Of a DNA stretch of 64,000 bases, positions 8,196 to 19,550 are shown piece by piece. The notes below the pieces were generated by a model, which saw only the letters and a list, made by a program, of their open reading frames with translations, was not told the DNA's origin and searched no databases. Position 1 is the stretch's first letter; every line of letters begins with the position of its first letter. Both the position numbers and the translations under genes were made by a program. Location of the stretch: contig JAHEKN010000001.1 of NCBI GenBank assembly GCA_024638305.1, forward strand, positions 5,542 to 69,541. Direction: 5' to 3'. This DNA is from Gemmatimonadota bacterium. GTDB taxonomy: Bacteria; Gemmatimonadota; Gemmatimonadetes; Longimicrobiales; Gaopeijiaceae.

Positions 8196-9644
8196 ATGAC
8201 GTCCCTCCGCTTCAACCGTTCGTCGTTCCGCCACTCCCGGCTACCGGCGCTCCTGTCCCTGGCCACGTTGGCCTGTGGGGGAGGCACGTCGCCCCAATCG
8301 GGAGTCGACACCCTGTCCGCCCAGGTCTCCGCGCCGGCCCAGCGGACCACCGTGTCCCAGGAAGTCGAGGGATCGCGCTCGACGGCGATCGTGCAGGCGG
8401 CGCAGCGTGTTTCACCGGCCGTCGTCAGCATCAACGTGCTTCGGCGGCAGCGCATCCAGCCGCGCTCGTTCTTCGATGCCTTCTATCTGCCGCGAGGTGC
8501 CTCGCGCACCGTGGCCGGCCTGGGCTCGGGCTTCGTCTTCGACCCCGCCGGCCTCGTGCTGACCAACCAGCACGTCGTGCGGGATGCGGAGCGCATCATG
8601 GTCACCCTTCCGGACGGCCGCGACATGGAGGCCGAGCTGCTCGGCGGCGACGACCTCACCGACATCGCCGTGCTGAGGCTATCCTCGGGCCACGATCTGC
8701 CCGTCGCGCCCATCGGCACCTCCCGGGGGCTCATGATCGGCGAATGGGCTCTGGCGATCGGAAACCCTTTCGGTCAACTGCTTTCGAACGCGGAGCCCAC
8801 CGTGACCGCGGGAGTCGTGAGCGCGCTCGGGCGTCACATCGTCCCGGATCAGGACGATCCCGGGTTCTACCTCGGAATGATCCAGACGGACGCCGCCATC
8901 AACCCGGGCAACTCGGGTGGTCCACTGGTCAACGCCCTCGGGGAGGTGGTCGGGGTCAACACGTCCATCTTCTCGCGCAGCGGCGGAAGCGAGGGGCTGG
9001 GGTTCGCGATCCCGATCGATCGTGCGTTGCGGGTGGCCAGCGATCTGGTGCGTAACGGCGAAGTCGATCGCGCCTGGCTGGGAATCGACGTACAGCCCGT
9101 CGAGGCCGACGAGTGGGGTCGTACCCGAGGCGTTCAAATCGTCAGTGTGGCCCCCGGCTCCCCGGCCGCGCGGGCGGGCCTCAGGGCGGGCGCCCGCGTG
9201 ACCCGGCTCAACGGCTCCAACCTGGCGGGACCGCTCGATTTCCAGGCGGCTCTGCTCGACCTCGGGGCCGGGGAGGCGGCCGACCTGGTGCTAGAGGGCC
9301 GCTCCGACCCTGTGCGGCTCGTTGCCGAGTCGCTGCCTTCCCGGGCCGCGGCGCGCGTAACCGTGCTCGCGGAGCTCGAGCTGGTGACGCTCACGCCCGA
9401 GATCCGGGCCGAGCGGCGCATCGCGAGTGGCCAGGGCGCCCTCGTGGTCGGTGTCACGGACGCCATCCGTGAGCAACTGGGGTTCCGGGAGGGGGACGTG
9501 CTGGTGCGTATCAACGGTGTGCCCGTCCGCACTGCGGAGGACGCCTCCGCGATCCTGGACGAGCTCCGGCGCCGCAGGGGTCGGGTCCGTATCGAGTTCG
9601 AGCGCCGTGGCGCGTACGACATGCGGGAGTTCGTGTGGCGCTGA
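8196..9644 (+). CDS. HtrA/DegP-family serine protease (S1C) with two PDZ-like regions and a lipoprotein-type signal
   Basis: [19 protein letters not shown] carries the His. [11 protein letters not shown] carries the Asp. [16 protein letters not shown] carries the Ser. The N-terminus [15 protein letters not shown] looks like a lipobox. Confidence 0.88.
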   Translation: MTSLRFNRSSFRHSRLPALLSLATLACGGGTSPQSGVDTLSAQVSAPAQRTTVSQEVEGSRSTAIVQAAQRVSPAVVSINVLRRQRIQPRSFFDAFYLPRGASRTVAGLGSGFVFDPAGLVLTNQHVVRDAERIMVTLPDGRDMEAELLGGDDLTDIAVLRLSSGHDLPVAPIGTSRGLMIGEWALAIGNPFGQLLSNAEPTVTAGVVSALGRHIVPDQDDPGFYLGMIQTDAAINPGNSGGPLVNALGEVVGVNTSIFSRSGGSEGLGFAIPIDRALRVASDLVRNGEVDRAWLGIDVQPVEADEWGRTRGVQIVSVAPGSPAARAGLRAGARVTRLNGSNLAGPLDFQAALLDLGAGEAADLVLEGRSDPVRLVAESLPSRAAARVTVLAELELVTLTPEIRAERRIASGQGALVVGVTDAIREQLGFREGDVLVRINGVPVRTAEDASAILDELRRRRGRVRIEFERRGAYDMREFVWR

Positions 9645-11083
9645 CTTCCGATCGGTATCCGCACCCGTTGATCGAGCGCTACGCCTCGTCGGGGATGGTG
9701 CGACTCTTCTCCCCGGCGTACCGCTACCGCGTATGGCGCCAGCTCTGGCTTGCACTGGCCGAGGGGCAACGCGAGCTCGGAATCGACATTTCAGCCGCTG
9801 CGGTGGCGGAGCTGCGGGCCGCAGTGGAGCAGCCAATCGATTTCGAGGCGGCAGCGGAGTATGAGCGGCGCTTCCGCCACGACGTGATGGCGCACGTGCA
9901 CCTCCTCGGAGACGCGGCACCGGCGGCCCGGGGCCAGGTCCATCTAGGGGCCACCAGCGCCTTCGTGGGCGACAACGCCGATCTGGTGCTCCACCGGGAA
10001 GCGATGCGGCTGATCCGTGCGCGGCTGACGCGCTGCGTCGATCTGCTGGCCGCGTTCGCGCGTCGGTATCGCGGGGTCCCCACGCTGGGCTACACGCACT
10101 TTCAGCCCGCGCAGCCCACGACGGTCGGCAAGCGGGCTACCCTGTGGATTCAAGATCTGCTCCTCGACCTGGAAGACGTGGAGCTGCGCTTGGAGGCCCT
10201 CCGCTTTCGCGGGGTGAAGGGCACCACCGGCACGCAAGCCTCCTTCCTACAGCTCTTCGACGGCGATCACGCCAAGGTCGAGGCCCTCGATCGTCTCGTG
10301 GCCGAGAAGATGGGATTCACCCGGCGATTCCCGGTGACCGGGCAAACCTATCCCCGCAAGGTCGACGCTCAGCTTCTCGGGACGCTGGCCGGAATCGCCG
10401 TCTCCACTTCCAAGCTCGGGAACGACCTTCGTCTGCTTGCCCACCTGCGGGAGGTCGAGGAGCCGTTCGAGGCGGAGCAGATCGGGTCGTCGGCCATGCC
10501 CTACAAGCGCAATCCGATGCGGGCCGAGCGCATCTGCGCGCTCTCCCGCCACGTGATCGCGCTGAGCCAGGATCCCGCCTACACCGCCGCCACGCAGTGG
10601 CTGGAGCGCACCCTGGACGACTCGGCGAACCGCAGGTTGTCGATCCCGGACGCGTACCTGGCTACGGACGCGTCCCTGGTGCTGGTCGAGAACGTCGCCG
10701 ACGGGCTGATCGTGAACGAGGAGGTCGTGGCCGCCAACCTGTTGCGCGAGCTTCCGTTCATGGCGACCGAGTCGGTCCTGATGGAGTGCGCCCGCCGCGG
10801 AGGAGACCGACAGCTTCTGCACGAGCGCATCCGCGTGCACTCGCACGAGGCCGCCAACGCCATGAAGGCCGGTGGGGCCAGCAACGATCTCATGGAGCGG
10901 ATTGCCGGGGACGAGGCGTTCGGCCTCGATCCCGACGTGCTCGCCGCGCTGGCGACGCCGGAGCGGTTCATCGGCCGGGCGCCGGAGCAGGTGGACGCGT
11001 TTCTCTCCGACTGGGTGACCCCGGTACTCCAGCGATTGCGGGCCAAGTCGACGCTGGCCGAGCCGGACGACGTACGTGTCTGA
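9635..11083 (+). CDS. purB: Adenylosuccinate lyase
   Basis: [22 protein letters not shown]...[19 protein letters not shown]...[17 protein letters not shown] (fumarate lyase signature). The GTG start overlaps the htrA-like stop by 10 nt. Confidence 0.92.
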   Translation: MALTSDRYPHPLIERYASSGMVRLFSPAYRYRVWRQLWLALAEGQRELGIDISAAAVAELRAAVEQPIDFEAAAEYERRFRHDVMAHVHLLGDAAPAARGQVHLGATSAFVGDNADLVLHREAMRLIRARLTRCVDLLAAFARRYRGVPTLGYTHFQPAQPTTVGKRATLWIQDLLLDLEDVELRLEALRFRGVKGTTGTQASFLQLFDGDHAKVEALDRLVAEKMGFTRRFPVTGQTYPRKVDAQLLGTLAGIAVSTSKLGNDLRLLAHLREVEEPFEAEQIGSSAMPYKRNPMRAERICALSRHVIALSQDPAYTAATQWLERTLDDSANRRLSIPDAYLATDASLVLVENVADGLIVNEEVVAANLLRELPFMATESVLMECARRGGDRQLLHERIRVHSHEAANAMKAGGASNDLMERIAGDEAFGLDPDVLAALATPERFIGRAPEQVDAFLSDWVTPVLQRLRAKSTLAEPDDVRV

Positions 11084-12011
11084 CGGACGGCTGGCGGTCC
11101 ACCGCCCGGTGCTGCCTCTCCCACTGTCGCACCGCGGTAAAGTCCGCGAAGTCTACGCTGTCGAGGGTGACCTGCTGCTCATGGTGGCGAGCGACCGCGT
11201 CAGCGCGTTCGACGTGGTGATGAGCGAGCCCATCCCCCGGAAGGGTGAGGTGCTCACCCAGCTAACGGCCTGGTGGCTCGCACGGCTGCAAGCCGCAACT
11301 CCACACCACCTGGTGACGACGGACCCCGGGACGATCCTCGCGCGGGTACCGGAGCTCGCAAGCGTGCCCCGCGAGTCCTGGGCACGGCGCTCGATGCTCG
11401 TGAGACGGACCGATCCGCTCCCCGTCGAGTGCGTGGTGCGGGGATTCCTGGCCGGCTCCGCCTGGCGGGAGTACCGCGATGCCGGCACGCTCGCCGGCGA
11501 GCCGCTACCGCCCGGTCTGGAGCGGGCGGCACGGCTTCCAGCCCCGCTCTTCTCACCGGCCACCAAGGCCGCGGTCGGCCACGACGAGAACATCCGCTTC
11601 GACCAGGTCGTGGCGACGGTCGGCGCCGAGCTGGCGGACGAGCTGCGGGCCCGGTCGTTCGCGCTGTACGAGGAGGCCCGAGCCACCGCGGCCGAGCGCG
11701 GGATCCTGCTGGCGGACACCAAGTTCGAGTTCGGGATCGACGGGTCGGGAGAGCTCCGGCTGATCGACGAGGTGCTCACGCCGGATTCGTCCCGCTACTG
11801 GCCCCTGGCGTCCTACCGCCCCGGACAGGCCCAGCCGTCGTTGGACAAGCAGCCCGTGCGCGACTTCCTGGACGGTCTCGATTGGGACAAGTCGCCTCCC
11901 GCTCCGTCGCTTCCGGACGCCGTCGTCGACGCGACCACCGAGCGCTACCTGCGGATCTTCGAGCTCCTGACGGGTAGCGCCTTGGATTCGTTCGCTCCGG
12001 CCGGCGCATGA
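11076..12011 (+). CDS. purC: Phosphoribosylaminoimidazole-succinocarboxamide (SAICAR) synthase
   Basis: [31 protein letters not shown]...LADTKFEFG...[14 protein letters not shown]. The GTG start overlaps the purB stop by 8 nt. Confidence 0.92.
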   Translation: MSDGRLAVHRPVLPLPLSHRGKVREVYAVEGDLLLMVASDRVSAFDVVMSEPIPRKGEVLTQLTAWWLARLQAATPHHLVTTDPGTILARVPELASVPRESWARRSMLVRRTDPLPVECVVRGFLAGSAWREYRDAGTLAGEPLPPGLERAARLPAPLFSPATKAAVGHDENIRFDQVVATVGAELADELRARSFALYEEARATAAERGILLADTKFEFGIDGSGELRLIDEVLTPDSSRYWPLASYRPGQAQPSLDKQPVRDFLDGLDWDKSPPAPSLPDAVVDATTERYLRIFELLTGSALDSFAPAGA

Positions 12012-12703
12012 AGATGGCGCGCGAGGGCATTCCGTTCCTGCTGGCGGCCGTGCTGCCGTTCCTGGTCACCGCGGGGATCGCCTATTTCGGTGACAGCCGG
12101 ATGTGGATGGTTGTCGCACTCGGCCTCGGGCTCGTCAGTCTGTTCATCGGCTTCTTTTTTCGGAACCCGGATCGACACTCTGGGGCAGCCGCGGAGGTGG
12201 TGCTCGCGGCGGCGGACGGCCGGATCGTCGGAATCGAAGAAACGTCGGAGCCGTTCATGGGCGGGCCGTGCCGCCGCATCTCGACGTTCCTTTCCATCTT
12301 CAACGTCCACGTGCAGAGGGCGCCGGTCGCCGGTGTGGTGGGGGATCGCACCTACGATCCCGGGAAGTATCTGGCGGCCTGGGAGCCCAAGGCGAGCACC
12401 GAGAACGAGCGAGCGGCGCTCGGCATCTCGACCGACGGCGGGCCGGTGCTCGTTCGTCAGATCGCCGGACTGGTGGCACGCCGCATCGTCACGGATCCCG
12501 AGGTGGGCGACGAGCTCATCCGTGGGGATCGCATCGGCCTGATCCGCTTCGGTTCACGCGTGGACCTGTTCGTGCCGCTCGAGTGGGACGTACTGTGTAC
12601 GGTCGGCGATCGTGTGCGGGCCGGCGAATCCGCGCTCGTGACGCGGTCGGTGTCGGTTGGAACCGATGGCGACCGTACCCCCGCGGACGAGGGAAACCCA
12701 TGA
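12008..12703 (+). CDS. psd: Phosphatidylserine decarboxylase proenzyme (small archaetidylserine-decarboxylase-like type)
   Basis: FFRNPDRH...DGRIVGIEE...ISTFLSIFNVHVQRAPVAGVV...PGKYLAAWEPKASTENER...IAGLVARRIV...GLIRFGSRVDLFVP (GS cleavage site). ATGA overlap with the purC stop. Confidence 0.85.
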   Translation: MKMAREGIPFLLAAVLPFLVTAGIAYFGDSRMWMVVALGLGLVSLFIGFFFRNPDRHSGAAAEVVLAAADGRIVGIEETSEPFMGGPCRRISTFLSIFNVHVQRAPVAGVVGDRTYDPGKYLAAWEPKASTENERAALGISTDGGPVLVRQIAGLVARRIVTDPEVGDELIRGDRIGLIRFGSRVDLFVPLEWDVLCTVGDRVRAGESALVTRSVSVGTDGDRTPADEGNP

Positions 12704-13566
12704 TTCGAGTGCGCAACGGCCCGAGTCGCCTCCAGCGAGGCGTCATCATCCTGCCGTCGGCATTCACGCTGGCCAACCTTTTTTTCGGCGTCTACGCCAT
12801 CGTTTCGGCGCATCGGGGCGAGCTCTCCTGGGCGGCCTGGTGCATCGTGTTCGCCGCCATCATCGACGTGCTCGACGGGAGCATCGCCCGGGCCACCCGC
12901 ACGGGCACACGATTCGGGATGGAGCTCGACTCGCTCGTCGACGCCATCTCGTTCGGCGTCGCGCCGGCGTTCATCGTCTACCATCAGTACTTCTCGGAGG
13001 GGTGGAGCTGGATCCTCCCCTACGTGTACGTGGTCGCCGTCGTGTTGCGCCTGGCCCGCTTCAACGTCCAGCAGGGTGGCGGAGCCAAACGGATGTTCGT
13101 GGGGCTGCCCTCCCCGTCGGCGGCCATGCTGCTGGCGACCCTCTACCCGTTCCGCCAGAGTGCGCTGGCCACCCAGTACCTCTCCGACGTCGCCTGGCCC
13201 CAGGTCACGGCAGCCGTGGTCGTGTTGGCCTCGGTGATGATGCTGAGCACCATCCCCTTCCCCGCCCTACCGCGCATCGGCGTCCGCACTCGACGGGGGG
13301 CCTTCCACCTCGCCTGGATGAGCGTCGCCACGGTCCTCGCGGTCACGGTACCCCGGTACTACTTCTTTCCGTCGACGCTTTTGTACACCTGCATGGGGCC
13401 CGGGCGATGGTTTATCTTAGGCCTTCTGGACCGTCTCCCCGACCGGGATCCCCTGCTCGAGGAGCCGGATGATGAGGAGGCCCGTTCGATCGACTACCGT
13501 GACATCGAGACGACGTCCCGGGCCGTATCCGACGTCCAAGACGCCAGTCCGGAGGACTCGCTTTGA
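12700..13566 (+). CDS. pssA: CDP-diacylglycerol--serine O-phosphatidyltransferase
   Basis: Internal ATG (codon 200) of the chimeric ORF 12103..13566. ILPSAFTLANLFFGVYAI...AIIDVLDGSIARATRTGTRFGMELDSLVDAISFGVAPAF is the CDP-alcohol phosphatidyltransferase motif D-G-x2-A-R-x8-G-x3-D-x3-D. ATGA overlap with the psd stop. Confidence 0.88.
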   Translation: MIRVRNGPSRLQRGVIILPSAFTLANLFFGVYAIVSAHRGELSWAAWCIVFAAIIDVLDGSIARATRTGTRFGMELDSLVDAISFGVAPAFIVYHQYFSEGWSWILPYVYVVAVVLRLARFNVQQGGGAKRMFVGLPSPSAAMLLATLYPFRQSALATQYLSDVAWPQVTAAVVVLASVMMLSTIPFPALPRIGVRTRRGAFHLAWMSVATVLAVTVPRYYFFPSTLLYTCMGPGRWFILGLLDRLPDRDPLLEEPDDEEARSIDYRDIETTSRAVSDVQDASPEDSL

Positions 13567-13832
13567 GGTCATTCCACCTCGAGATTCGCATCTCCCCCCG
13601 ACCCGGTCTCCTGAACCCGGAGGGCAACGCCGTCCAGCACGCGCTCGAGTCCCTCGGGTACGATTCCGTGAAGGACGTCCGGGTGGGGAAGACCTTCTAC
13701 GTCCAGCTTTCCGCGGCTGACGAGGACGCGGCCCGGACCCTCGCGGAGGACATGAGCCGCCGGCTCCTGGCCAACCCCGTCACGGAGGATTTCCGGATCG
13801 AGGTGTCGGAGTTAGCGGAGGTGCCTGCATGA
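13563..13832 (+). CDS. purS: Phosphoribosylformylglycinamidine synthase subunit PurS
   Basis: 89 aa. RISPRPGLLNPEGNAVQHALESLGYDSVKDVRVGKTFYVQL. The TTG start overlaps the pssA stop (TTGA). Confidence 0.85.
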   Translation: MRSFHLEIRISPRPGLLNPEGNAVQHALESLGYDSVKDVRVGKTFYVQLSAADEDAARTLAEDMSRRLLANPVTEDFRIEVSELAEVPA

Positions 13833-14524
13833 GGGTTGCGGTCGTAACATTCCCCGGCTCCAACTGCGACCACGACGGCTATCACGCGTTCAAGCTGGTG
13901 GGGGCCGACACCCGCTTCCTCTGGCACCGCGAAACCGACCTGAGCGACACGGACGCGGTGCTGCTGCCTGGCGGATTCTCCTACGGGGACTATTTGCGGT
14001 CCGGTGCCATCGCCCGGTTCAGCCCCGTCATGGAGGCTGTCGTGGCCTTTGCGCGGGCGGGCGGACCGGTCCTGGGAATCTGCAACGGCTTCCAGATCCT
14101 CTGCGAGGCGGGACTGCTCCCGGGTACGCTGCTTCGCAACGAGAGCCGCCGCTTTCGCGCCCACGACGTCTGGATTCGGGTGGAGCGCTCGGACACCCCG
14201 TTCACCCTGGCCTATGAGGCGGGACGGGTCCTCCGTGTGCCGATCGCCCATGCGGACGGCAACTACTTCGCGGATTCGGACACGCTCGCGCGCATCGAGG
14301 ATCGTGGACAGGTGGTCTTCCGCTACACGGACCCGGACGGCAACCCGGATCCAGCCTACAACCCGAACGGCGCTCAGAACCGGATCGCGGGAATCGTCAG
14401 CGAGCAGGGGAACGTGCTCGGGATGATGCCCCACCCCGAGCGCGCCGTGGAATCCGTGCATTCGTCGACCGACGGACTGGGCGTCTTCCAGTCGCTGGTC
14501 ACTTCCCTGCAACCCGTTCCCTGA
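13829..14524 (+). CDS. purQ: Phosphoribosylformylglycinamidine synthase, glutaminase subunit PurQ
   Basis: [16 protein letters not shown]...[17 protein letters not shown]...[17 protein letters not shown]...[11 protein letters not shown] overlap with the purS stop. Confidence 0.93.
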   Translation: MRVAVVTFPGSNCDHDGYHAFKLVGADTRFLWHRETDLSDTDAVLLPGGFSYGDYLRSGAIARFSPVMEAVVAFARAGGPVLGICNGFQILCEAGLLPGTLLRNESRRFRAHDVWIRVERSDTPFTLAYEAGRVLRVPIAHADGNYFADSDTLARIEDRGQVVFRYTDPDGNPDPAYNPNGAQNRIAGIVSEQGNVLGMMPHPERAVESVHSSTDGLGVFQSLVTSLQPVP

Positions 14525-14595
14525 CCTCGTGCCCCGGTTCACCGCGTCACAAGAGCGTTGCCGGACGACTTCAGCCCCTCCTCGCACCTGAAAAC

Positions 14596-16920
14596 GTGAC
14601 TTCGACGCTCGACGCGCAGCCAGCCCGCCACGGAACCGCGGCGGAGCCCCGCCCCGGAGATCCCGAGATCACCCCCGAGCTCGTCTCGGAGCACGGCCTC
14701 TCCACCGACGAATACGAGCAGATCGTTCGGACGCTCGGGAGGACGCCCACCTACGCGGAGCTCGGCGTGTTCAGCGCGATGTGGTCCGAGCACTGCGGAT
14801 ACAAGAACTCCAAGCGTCTGCTCCGCCTGCTGCCGACGGAAGCGCCCTGGGTCATCCAGGGCCCCGGCGAGAACGCGGGCGTGATCGACGCCGGTGACGG
14901 GTACGCCCTGGCCTTCAAGATAGAGTCGCACAATCACCCTTCCGCGGTGGAGCCCTATCAGGGCGCGGCGACCGGGGTCGGCGGCATTCTTCGCGACATC
15001 TTCACCATGGGCGCACGGCCGATCGCCGTCCTGGACTCGCTCCGGTTCGGTGACCTCGATTCCGGGCGGGTGCGCTACCTGTTCGACGGGGTGGTGCGGG
15101 GTGTGGGCGACTACGGGAATTGCGTGGGGATCCCCAACATCGGTGGCGAGGTCCATTTCGACCGTGGCTATGAGGGCAACCCGATCGTCAACGCCATGTG
15201 CCTGGGCCTGATGAAGCGGGACGACCTGATCCTGGGCGAAGCGTCCGGAGTCGGGAATCCGCTGATGGCCGTGGGCGCGCGCACTGGCCGCGACGGCATC
15301 CACGGCGCCACCTTCGCGAGCGAGGAGCTGAGCGAGGACTCGCAGCACAGCCGTCCCCAGGTCCAGATCGGGGACCCGTTCACGGAGAAGCTGCTTCTCG
15401 AGGCGAGCCTGGAGCTGATCAAGAGCGGTCACATCGTCGGCATCCAGGACATGGGGGCTGCCGGGATCACCTCCAGTGCGTCCGAGATGGCTGGACGTGC
15501 CGGGAGCGGGGTCGAGATCGACACCGCCAAGGTCCCGGTGCGCGAGCCCGGGATGACGCCGTACGAGATCCTCCTGTCGGAGTCCCAGGAGCGCATGCTG
15601 GTCGTGGCCAAGGCCGGCCACGAAGGCCATGTCGAGGCCATCCTCAACAAGTGGGAGCTCGAAGCCGCCGTCATCGGAGCCGTAACCGACGACGGCATGT
15701 TCCGGGTCCGCGAGGGCGATCGGGTCGTCGCCGAGATTCCGGCGCTACCGCTCACCGACGGCTGCCCCACCTACGAGCGCGAGGGGATCGAGTCCGACGA
15801 GGTGCGCGCCCTGCGCGAGCGCGACCTGGGGCACGTGCTCCGCGACGGCGACCTGAGCGACGCGCTGCTCGACCTGCTCGACTCTCCCAACATCGGATCC
15901 AAGCGCTGGATCTACGATCAATACGACTCGACGGTCCGAGCCAGCACGGTTGCGGAGCCCGGCGGCGACGCGGGGATCGTGCGCATCCGCGGGACCAACC
16001 GCGCGATCGCCGCCACCACCGACTGCAACGGGCGCTACACCTACCTGGAACCCCGGGTCGGAGCCATGATCGCGGTTGCCGAGGCCGCCCGGAACCTGGC
16101 CTGCGTGGGCGCTTCCCCGGTGGCGATCACGAACAACCTCAACTTCGGAAACCCGGAACGTCCTCACATATACTTCCAGCTCCGCGAGGCGGTCTTGGGG
16201 ATGGCGGAGGCCTGTGGCGTCTTCGAGACGCCGGTGACGGGCGGGAATGTCTCCCTGTACAACGAGACCGACGGGGCCGCGATCTATCCGACCCCCGTGA
16301 TCGGGATGGTCGGGTTGATCGCCGACGTGTCACACGTCACGGGATCGGGATTCCGTGCGGTCGGCGACGCCATCGTGTTGTTCGGTGAGTGCGCGGACGA
16401 GCTCGGTGGCTCCGAGTACCTCTACCGCGCCACCGGGGAGGTGGCGGGAGCGCCGCCCAGAGTGGACCTACTGGCCGAGCGGGCGCTCCAGCGGCTCCTT
16501 CTCGACCTCGGTCGGCAGGGACTGCTCCACTCGGCGCACGACTGCTCCGAGGGTGGCCTCGCCGTCGCGCTGGCGGAGTCGGCCATTGCCGGCACGGAGG
16601 GCCGCTTCGGGTGCGACGTGTCCCTGGATGACGAGTTGCCGGGCACCGCCCTCCTCTTTTCCGAGACCCAGGGCCGCGTGGTCGTCACGGTCGAGCCCGC
16701 TCGGCTCGACCTGGTGCTCGAGGCCGCTGGGGCCCACGGAGTCCCCGCGAAGCGGATCGGCACTGTGGAACGGGCGGGGCACGGGCTTAAGATCCGTTCA
16801 CCGCGAGCCGAGGTCAGCGTAAGCCTGGAGGCCGCGGCCCGGCAGTACTTCTCGGCCATCCCGAGGCGGATGGAGCAGAACGTCTCCGTGGACCGCGCAG
16901 CCACTTCCCCGCCGACCTGA
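14596..16920 (+). CDS. purL: Phosphoribosylformylglycinamidine synthase subunit PurL
   Basis: 774 aa. [15 protein letters not shown]...[36 protein letters not shown] start. Confidence 0.95.
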   Translation: MTSTLDAQPARHGTAAEPRPGDPEITPELVSEHGLSTDEYEQIVRTLGRTPTYAELGVFSAMWSEHCGYKNSKRLLRLLPTEAPWVIQGPGENAGVIDAGDGYALAFKIESHNHPSAVEPYQGAATGVGGILRDIFTMGARPIAVLDSLRFGDLDSGRVRYLFDGVVRGVGDYGNCVGIPNIGGEVHFDRGYEGNPIVNAMCLGLMKRDDLILGEASGVGNPLMAVGARTGRDGIHGATFASEELSEDSQHSRPQVQIGDPFTEKLLLEASLELIKSGHIVGIQDMGAAGITSSASEMAGRAGSGVEIDTAKVPVREPGMTPYEILLSESQERMLVVAKAGHEGHVEAILNKWELEAAVIGAVTDDGMFRVREGDRVVAEIPALPLTDGCPTYEREGIESDEVRALRERDLGHVLRDGDLSDALLDLLDSPNIGSKRWIYDQYDSTVRASTVAEPGGDAGIVRIRGTNRAIAATTDCNGRYTYLEPRVGAMIAVAEAARNLACVGASPVAITNNLNFGNPERPHIYFQLREAVLGMAEACGVFETPVTGGNVSLYNETDGAAIYPTPVIGMVGLIADVSHVTGSGFRAVGDAIVLFGECADELGGSEYLYRATGEVAGAPPRVDLLAERALQRLLLDLGRQGLLHSAHDCSEGGLAVALAESAIAGTEGRFGCDVSLDDELPGTALLFSETQGRVVVTVEPARLDLVLEAAGAHGVPAKRIGTVERAGHGLKIRSPRAEVSVSLEAAARQYFSAIPRRMEQNVSVDRAATSPPT

Positions 16921-16923
16921 CCG

Positions 16924-18378
16924 ATGACGCATCCCCCCGCCAACGCGCCGATGGACATCCGGGTCTCGGAACTCGATCCCCGTCCGCGCGAGGAGTGCGG
17001 GGTGGTCGGGATCAGCGGCGTGCCGGGAGCGTCCGAGCTCGCCTATCTGGCGCTCTATGCGCTCCAACACCGCGGTCAGGAATCCGCGGGGATCGTCTCG
17101 ATCGAGAAGGGCCAGAGCCGCCTCCACAAAGGGCTCGGGCTGGTCTCCGACGTGTTCACCGCGGAGCGGCTTCTGTCGTTGCCAGGCGACTCGGCAGTGG
17201 GACACGTTCGGTACTCCACCGCGGGCAGTGGAGCGGTTCTCAATGCACAGCCCATCGTGGTCAACTACGAGGAAGGCAACCTCGCCATCGCCCACAACGG
17301 CAACTTGACCAACCAGGCCGCCCTCCGACAAAAGCTCGTCTCGGAAGGGTCGCTGTTTCAGAGCTCGAGCGATTCGGAGGTGATCGTCCACCTGATCGCG
17401 CGCTCGCGGCACCGCCAGGTCGAGGCCCAGATCGACGATGCTCTGACCCATCTGGAGGGCGCGTTCAGCGTCGTCATCAGCGTGGGAGACACGATCTACG
17501 CCGCTCGCGATCCGCGAGGCTTCCGCCCGCTGATCATGGGCCGCATCGGCTCGGGACACGCGGTGGTCAGCGAGACGTGCGCCCTGGACATCATGGGAGC
17601 GGAGTATGTGCGGGACATCGAGCCCGGGGAGGTGATTCGAATTCGGGGTGGCGACGTCGTGCAGCTCCGCAGCCTCCCACCGGCCCCGCGTCACGCGCCC
17701 TGCATCTTCGAGCTGGTGTATTTCGCGCGCCCCGACTCGCGGCTGTGGGGCATCAGCGTGGACCGAGCCCGGCGCGCCTTCGGCCGGCGGTTGGCGCAGG
17801 AACATCCCATGGACGCGGACTGCGTGATCGCCGTGCCCGACAGCGCCAACTCGGCGGCGCTCGGTTACGCCGAGGAGAGCGGGATTCCGTACGAGCTGGG
17901 TCTCCTGCGCAATCATTACGTCGGACGCACCTTCATCCGGCCGCGGCAGGCGGATCGGGATTTCGGCGCGCGTATCAAGTACAACCCCGTCCGCGAAGTC
18001 TTGCACGGCCGCCGCGTGATCGTGGTGGACGACTCTCTCGTTCGGGGGACGACCAGCCGGAGCCTCGTGCGCTTCATCCGCGGCGCGGGCGCACGTGAGG
18101 TGCACTTCCGCATCGCGAGCCCCCCGGTCAAGAATCCCTGCTTCTACGGCATCGACATGCCCAGCAAGGCGGAGCTCATCGGCTCGCAACTGAGTGTCGA
18201 GGACATTCACCGGGAGCTGGCGGTGGACTCGATCGGGTACCTGTCACTGGAGGGCATGATCGACGCCGTGAAGCAAGGCGCGCCGTTCTGCGACGCATGC
18301 TTCTCGGGGAACTACCCGGCGCGGCTGGTCGACGTGGAGCAGGGCCTCCAGCCCGCGGGAGTCCCCCCGGGCTGCTGA
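16924..18378 (+). CDS. purF: Amidophosphoribosyltransferase
   Basis: The ECGVVGISG N-terminal nucleophile region is followed by LQHRGQESAGI, the PRPP-binding VIVVDDSLVRGTT, and C-terminal cysteines. Confidence 0.95.
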   Translation: MTHPPANAPMDIRVSELDPRPREECGVVGISGVPGASELAYLALYALQHRGQESAGIVSIEKGQSRLHKGLGLVSDVFTAERLLSLPGDSAVGHVRYSTAGSGAVLNAQPIVVNYEEGNLAIAHNGNLTNQAALRQKLVSEGSLFQSSSDSEVIVHLIARSRHRQVEAQIDDALTHLEGAFSVVISVGDTIYAARDPRGFRPLIMGRIGSGHAVVSETCALDIMGAEYVRDIEPGEVIRIRGGDVVQLRSLPPAPRHAPCIFELVYFARPDSRLWGISVDRARRAFGRRLAQEHPMDADCVIAVPDSANSAALGYAEESGIPYELGLLRNHYVGRTFIRPRQADRDFGARIKYNPVREVLHGRRVIVVDDSLVRGTTSRSLVRFIRGAGAREVHFRIASPPVKNPCFYGIDMPSKAELIGSQLSVEDIHRELAVDSIGYLSLEGMIDAVKQGAPFCDACFSGNYPARLVDVEQGLQPAGVPPGC

Positions 18379-18404
18379 CACCGAACCCCCGAACCGGTCC
18401 CGAG

Positions 18405-19460
18405 ATGCCCGTCGAGGTCACGCGCGATCGACTCCGCCGACTCCCCAAGACCGAGCTCCACGTCCATCTCGACGGGAGCCTCCGACCGGAATCGATGATC
18501 GAGCTGGCGGACGCCATCGGTGTCGAGCTTCCGTCGTCCGATCCAGCCGAGCTGCAGGAGCAGATGCTGGCTCGCGACACCCGCAACCTCGAGGAATACC
18601 TCGATCGGTTTCGCGTGACGCTGTCGCTCATGCAATCCGGCGATGCGATGGAGCGGATCGCCTTCGAGCTCGCGGAGGACAACGCTCGCGAGAACGTCCG
18701 CTACGTGGAGGTCCGCTACTCGCCCACGCTGCACACCGAGGCGGGACTTCCGCTGACGGAAGCGGTCGAAGCCCCGCTCCGAGGACTCGTGCGGGCCGAG
18801 GAGCGCTACGACATCCGTACGGCCCTCATCATCTGCGGCATCCGTAACATGGATCCCGAGACGTCACGGGACCTGGCCGATCTCACGGTCGCGTTCAAGG
18901 GACGGGGGGTGGTAGCCTTCGATTTGGCGGGAGCCGAGTACAACTACCCTGCCAAGAAGCACAAGGACGCGTTCTTCACCGTGATCAACAAGAACATGGC
19001 CACCACGATCCACGCCGGTGAGGCATACGGTCCCGAGTCGATCCACCAGGCCCTGCACTACTGTCGGGCCAACCGCATCGGACACGGCACGCGGCTGATC
19101 GAGGACCCCGACCTCATGGGGTACGTGCGCGATCTGCGCATCCCGCTCGAGATTTGCCTCACGTCCAACGTCCAGACGCGGGCCGTGCCCACGTTCGAGG
19201 AGCATCCCCTGCGCGCCTATTTCGACGAGGGGCTCGTCGTGACCCTCAACACGGACAATCGCCTCGTTTCCGGCACGACCGTGACGGACGAGTACCTCCG
19301 CGCCCACGAGCACCTGGGATTCACGTGGGAAGAGCTCGTCCGGGTCGCGCGTATGGGCTTCGAGAGCGCCTTCCTGCCGTGGGGCGACAAGACCGAGATG
19401 CTCCAGCGCTTCGACGCGGACCTGTCCGCCATCGAGGGAGACGCGGTCGGCCGGACCTGA
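18405..19460 (+). CDS. add: Adenosine deaminase
   Basis: LPKTELHVHLDGSLRPESMIELA...IHAGE...RIGHG...VTLNTDNRLVSGTTVTDEY. ATG at 18405 lies inside ORF 18297..19460. Confidence 0.9.
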   Translation: MPVEVTRDRLRRLPKTELHVHLDGSLRPESMIELADAIGVELPSSDPAELQEQMLARDTRNLEEYLDRFRVTLSLMQSGDAMERIAFELAEDNARENVRYVEVRYSPTLHTEAGLPLTEAVEAPLRGLVRAEERYDIRTALIICGIRNMDPETSRDLADLTVAFKGRGVVAFDLAGAEYNYPAKKHKDAFFTVINKNMATTIHAGEAYGPESIHQALHYCRANRIGHGTRLIEDPDLMGYVRDLRIPLEICLTSNVQTRAVPTFEEHPLRAYFDEGLVVTLNTDNRLVSGTTVTDEYLRAHEHLGFTWEELVRVARMGFESAFLPWGDKTEMLQRFDADLSAIEGDAVGRT

Positions 19461-19535
19461 AGGCCGCTCGTCCACACACTGCGGTCGGCCGGACCTGAGG
19501 CTGCTCGCCTACACACTGCGGTCAGCCTGCGGGCT
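19443..19535. repeat. Tandem ~38-bp direct repeat (about 2.4 copies) spanning the add stop codon
   Basis: Copy 1 (19443-19480): GCGGTCGGCCGGACCTGAAGGCCGCTCGTCCACACACT. Copy 2 (19481-19517): GCGGTCGGCCGGACCTGAGGCTGCTCGCCTACACACT. Copy 3 is partial (GCGGTCAGCCTGCGGGC, from 19518). Confidence 0.8.
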
Positions 19536-19550
19536 AATACACCAACGACG

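Noticed and set aside
19443-19535. Considered whether the ~38-bp tandem repeat could be a degenerate CRISPR array.
   Set aside because: The copies are directly adjacent with no spacers. There are only ~2.4 copies. The first copy is part of the add coding sequence. No cas genes are nearby.
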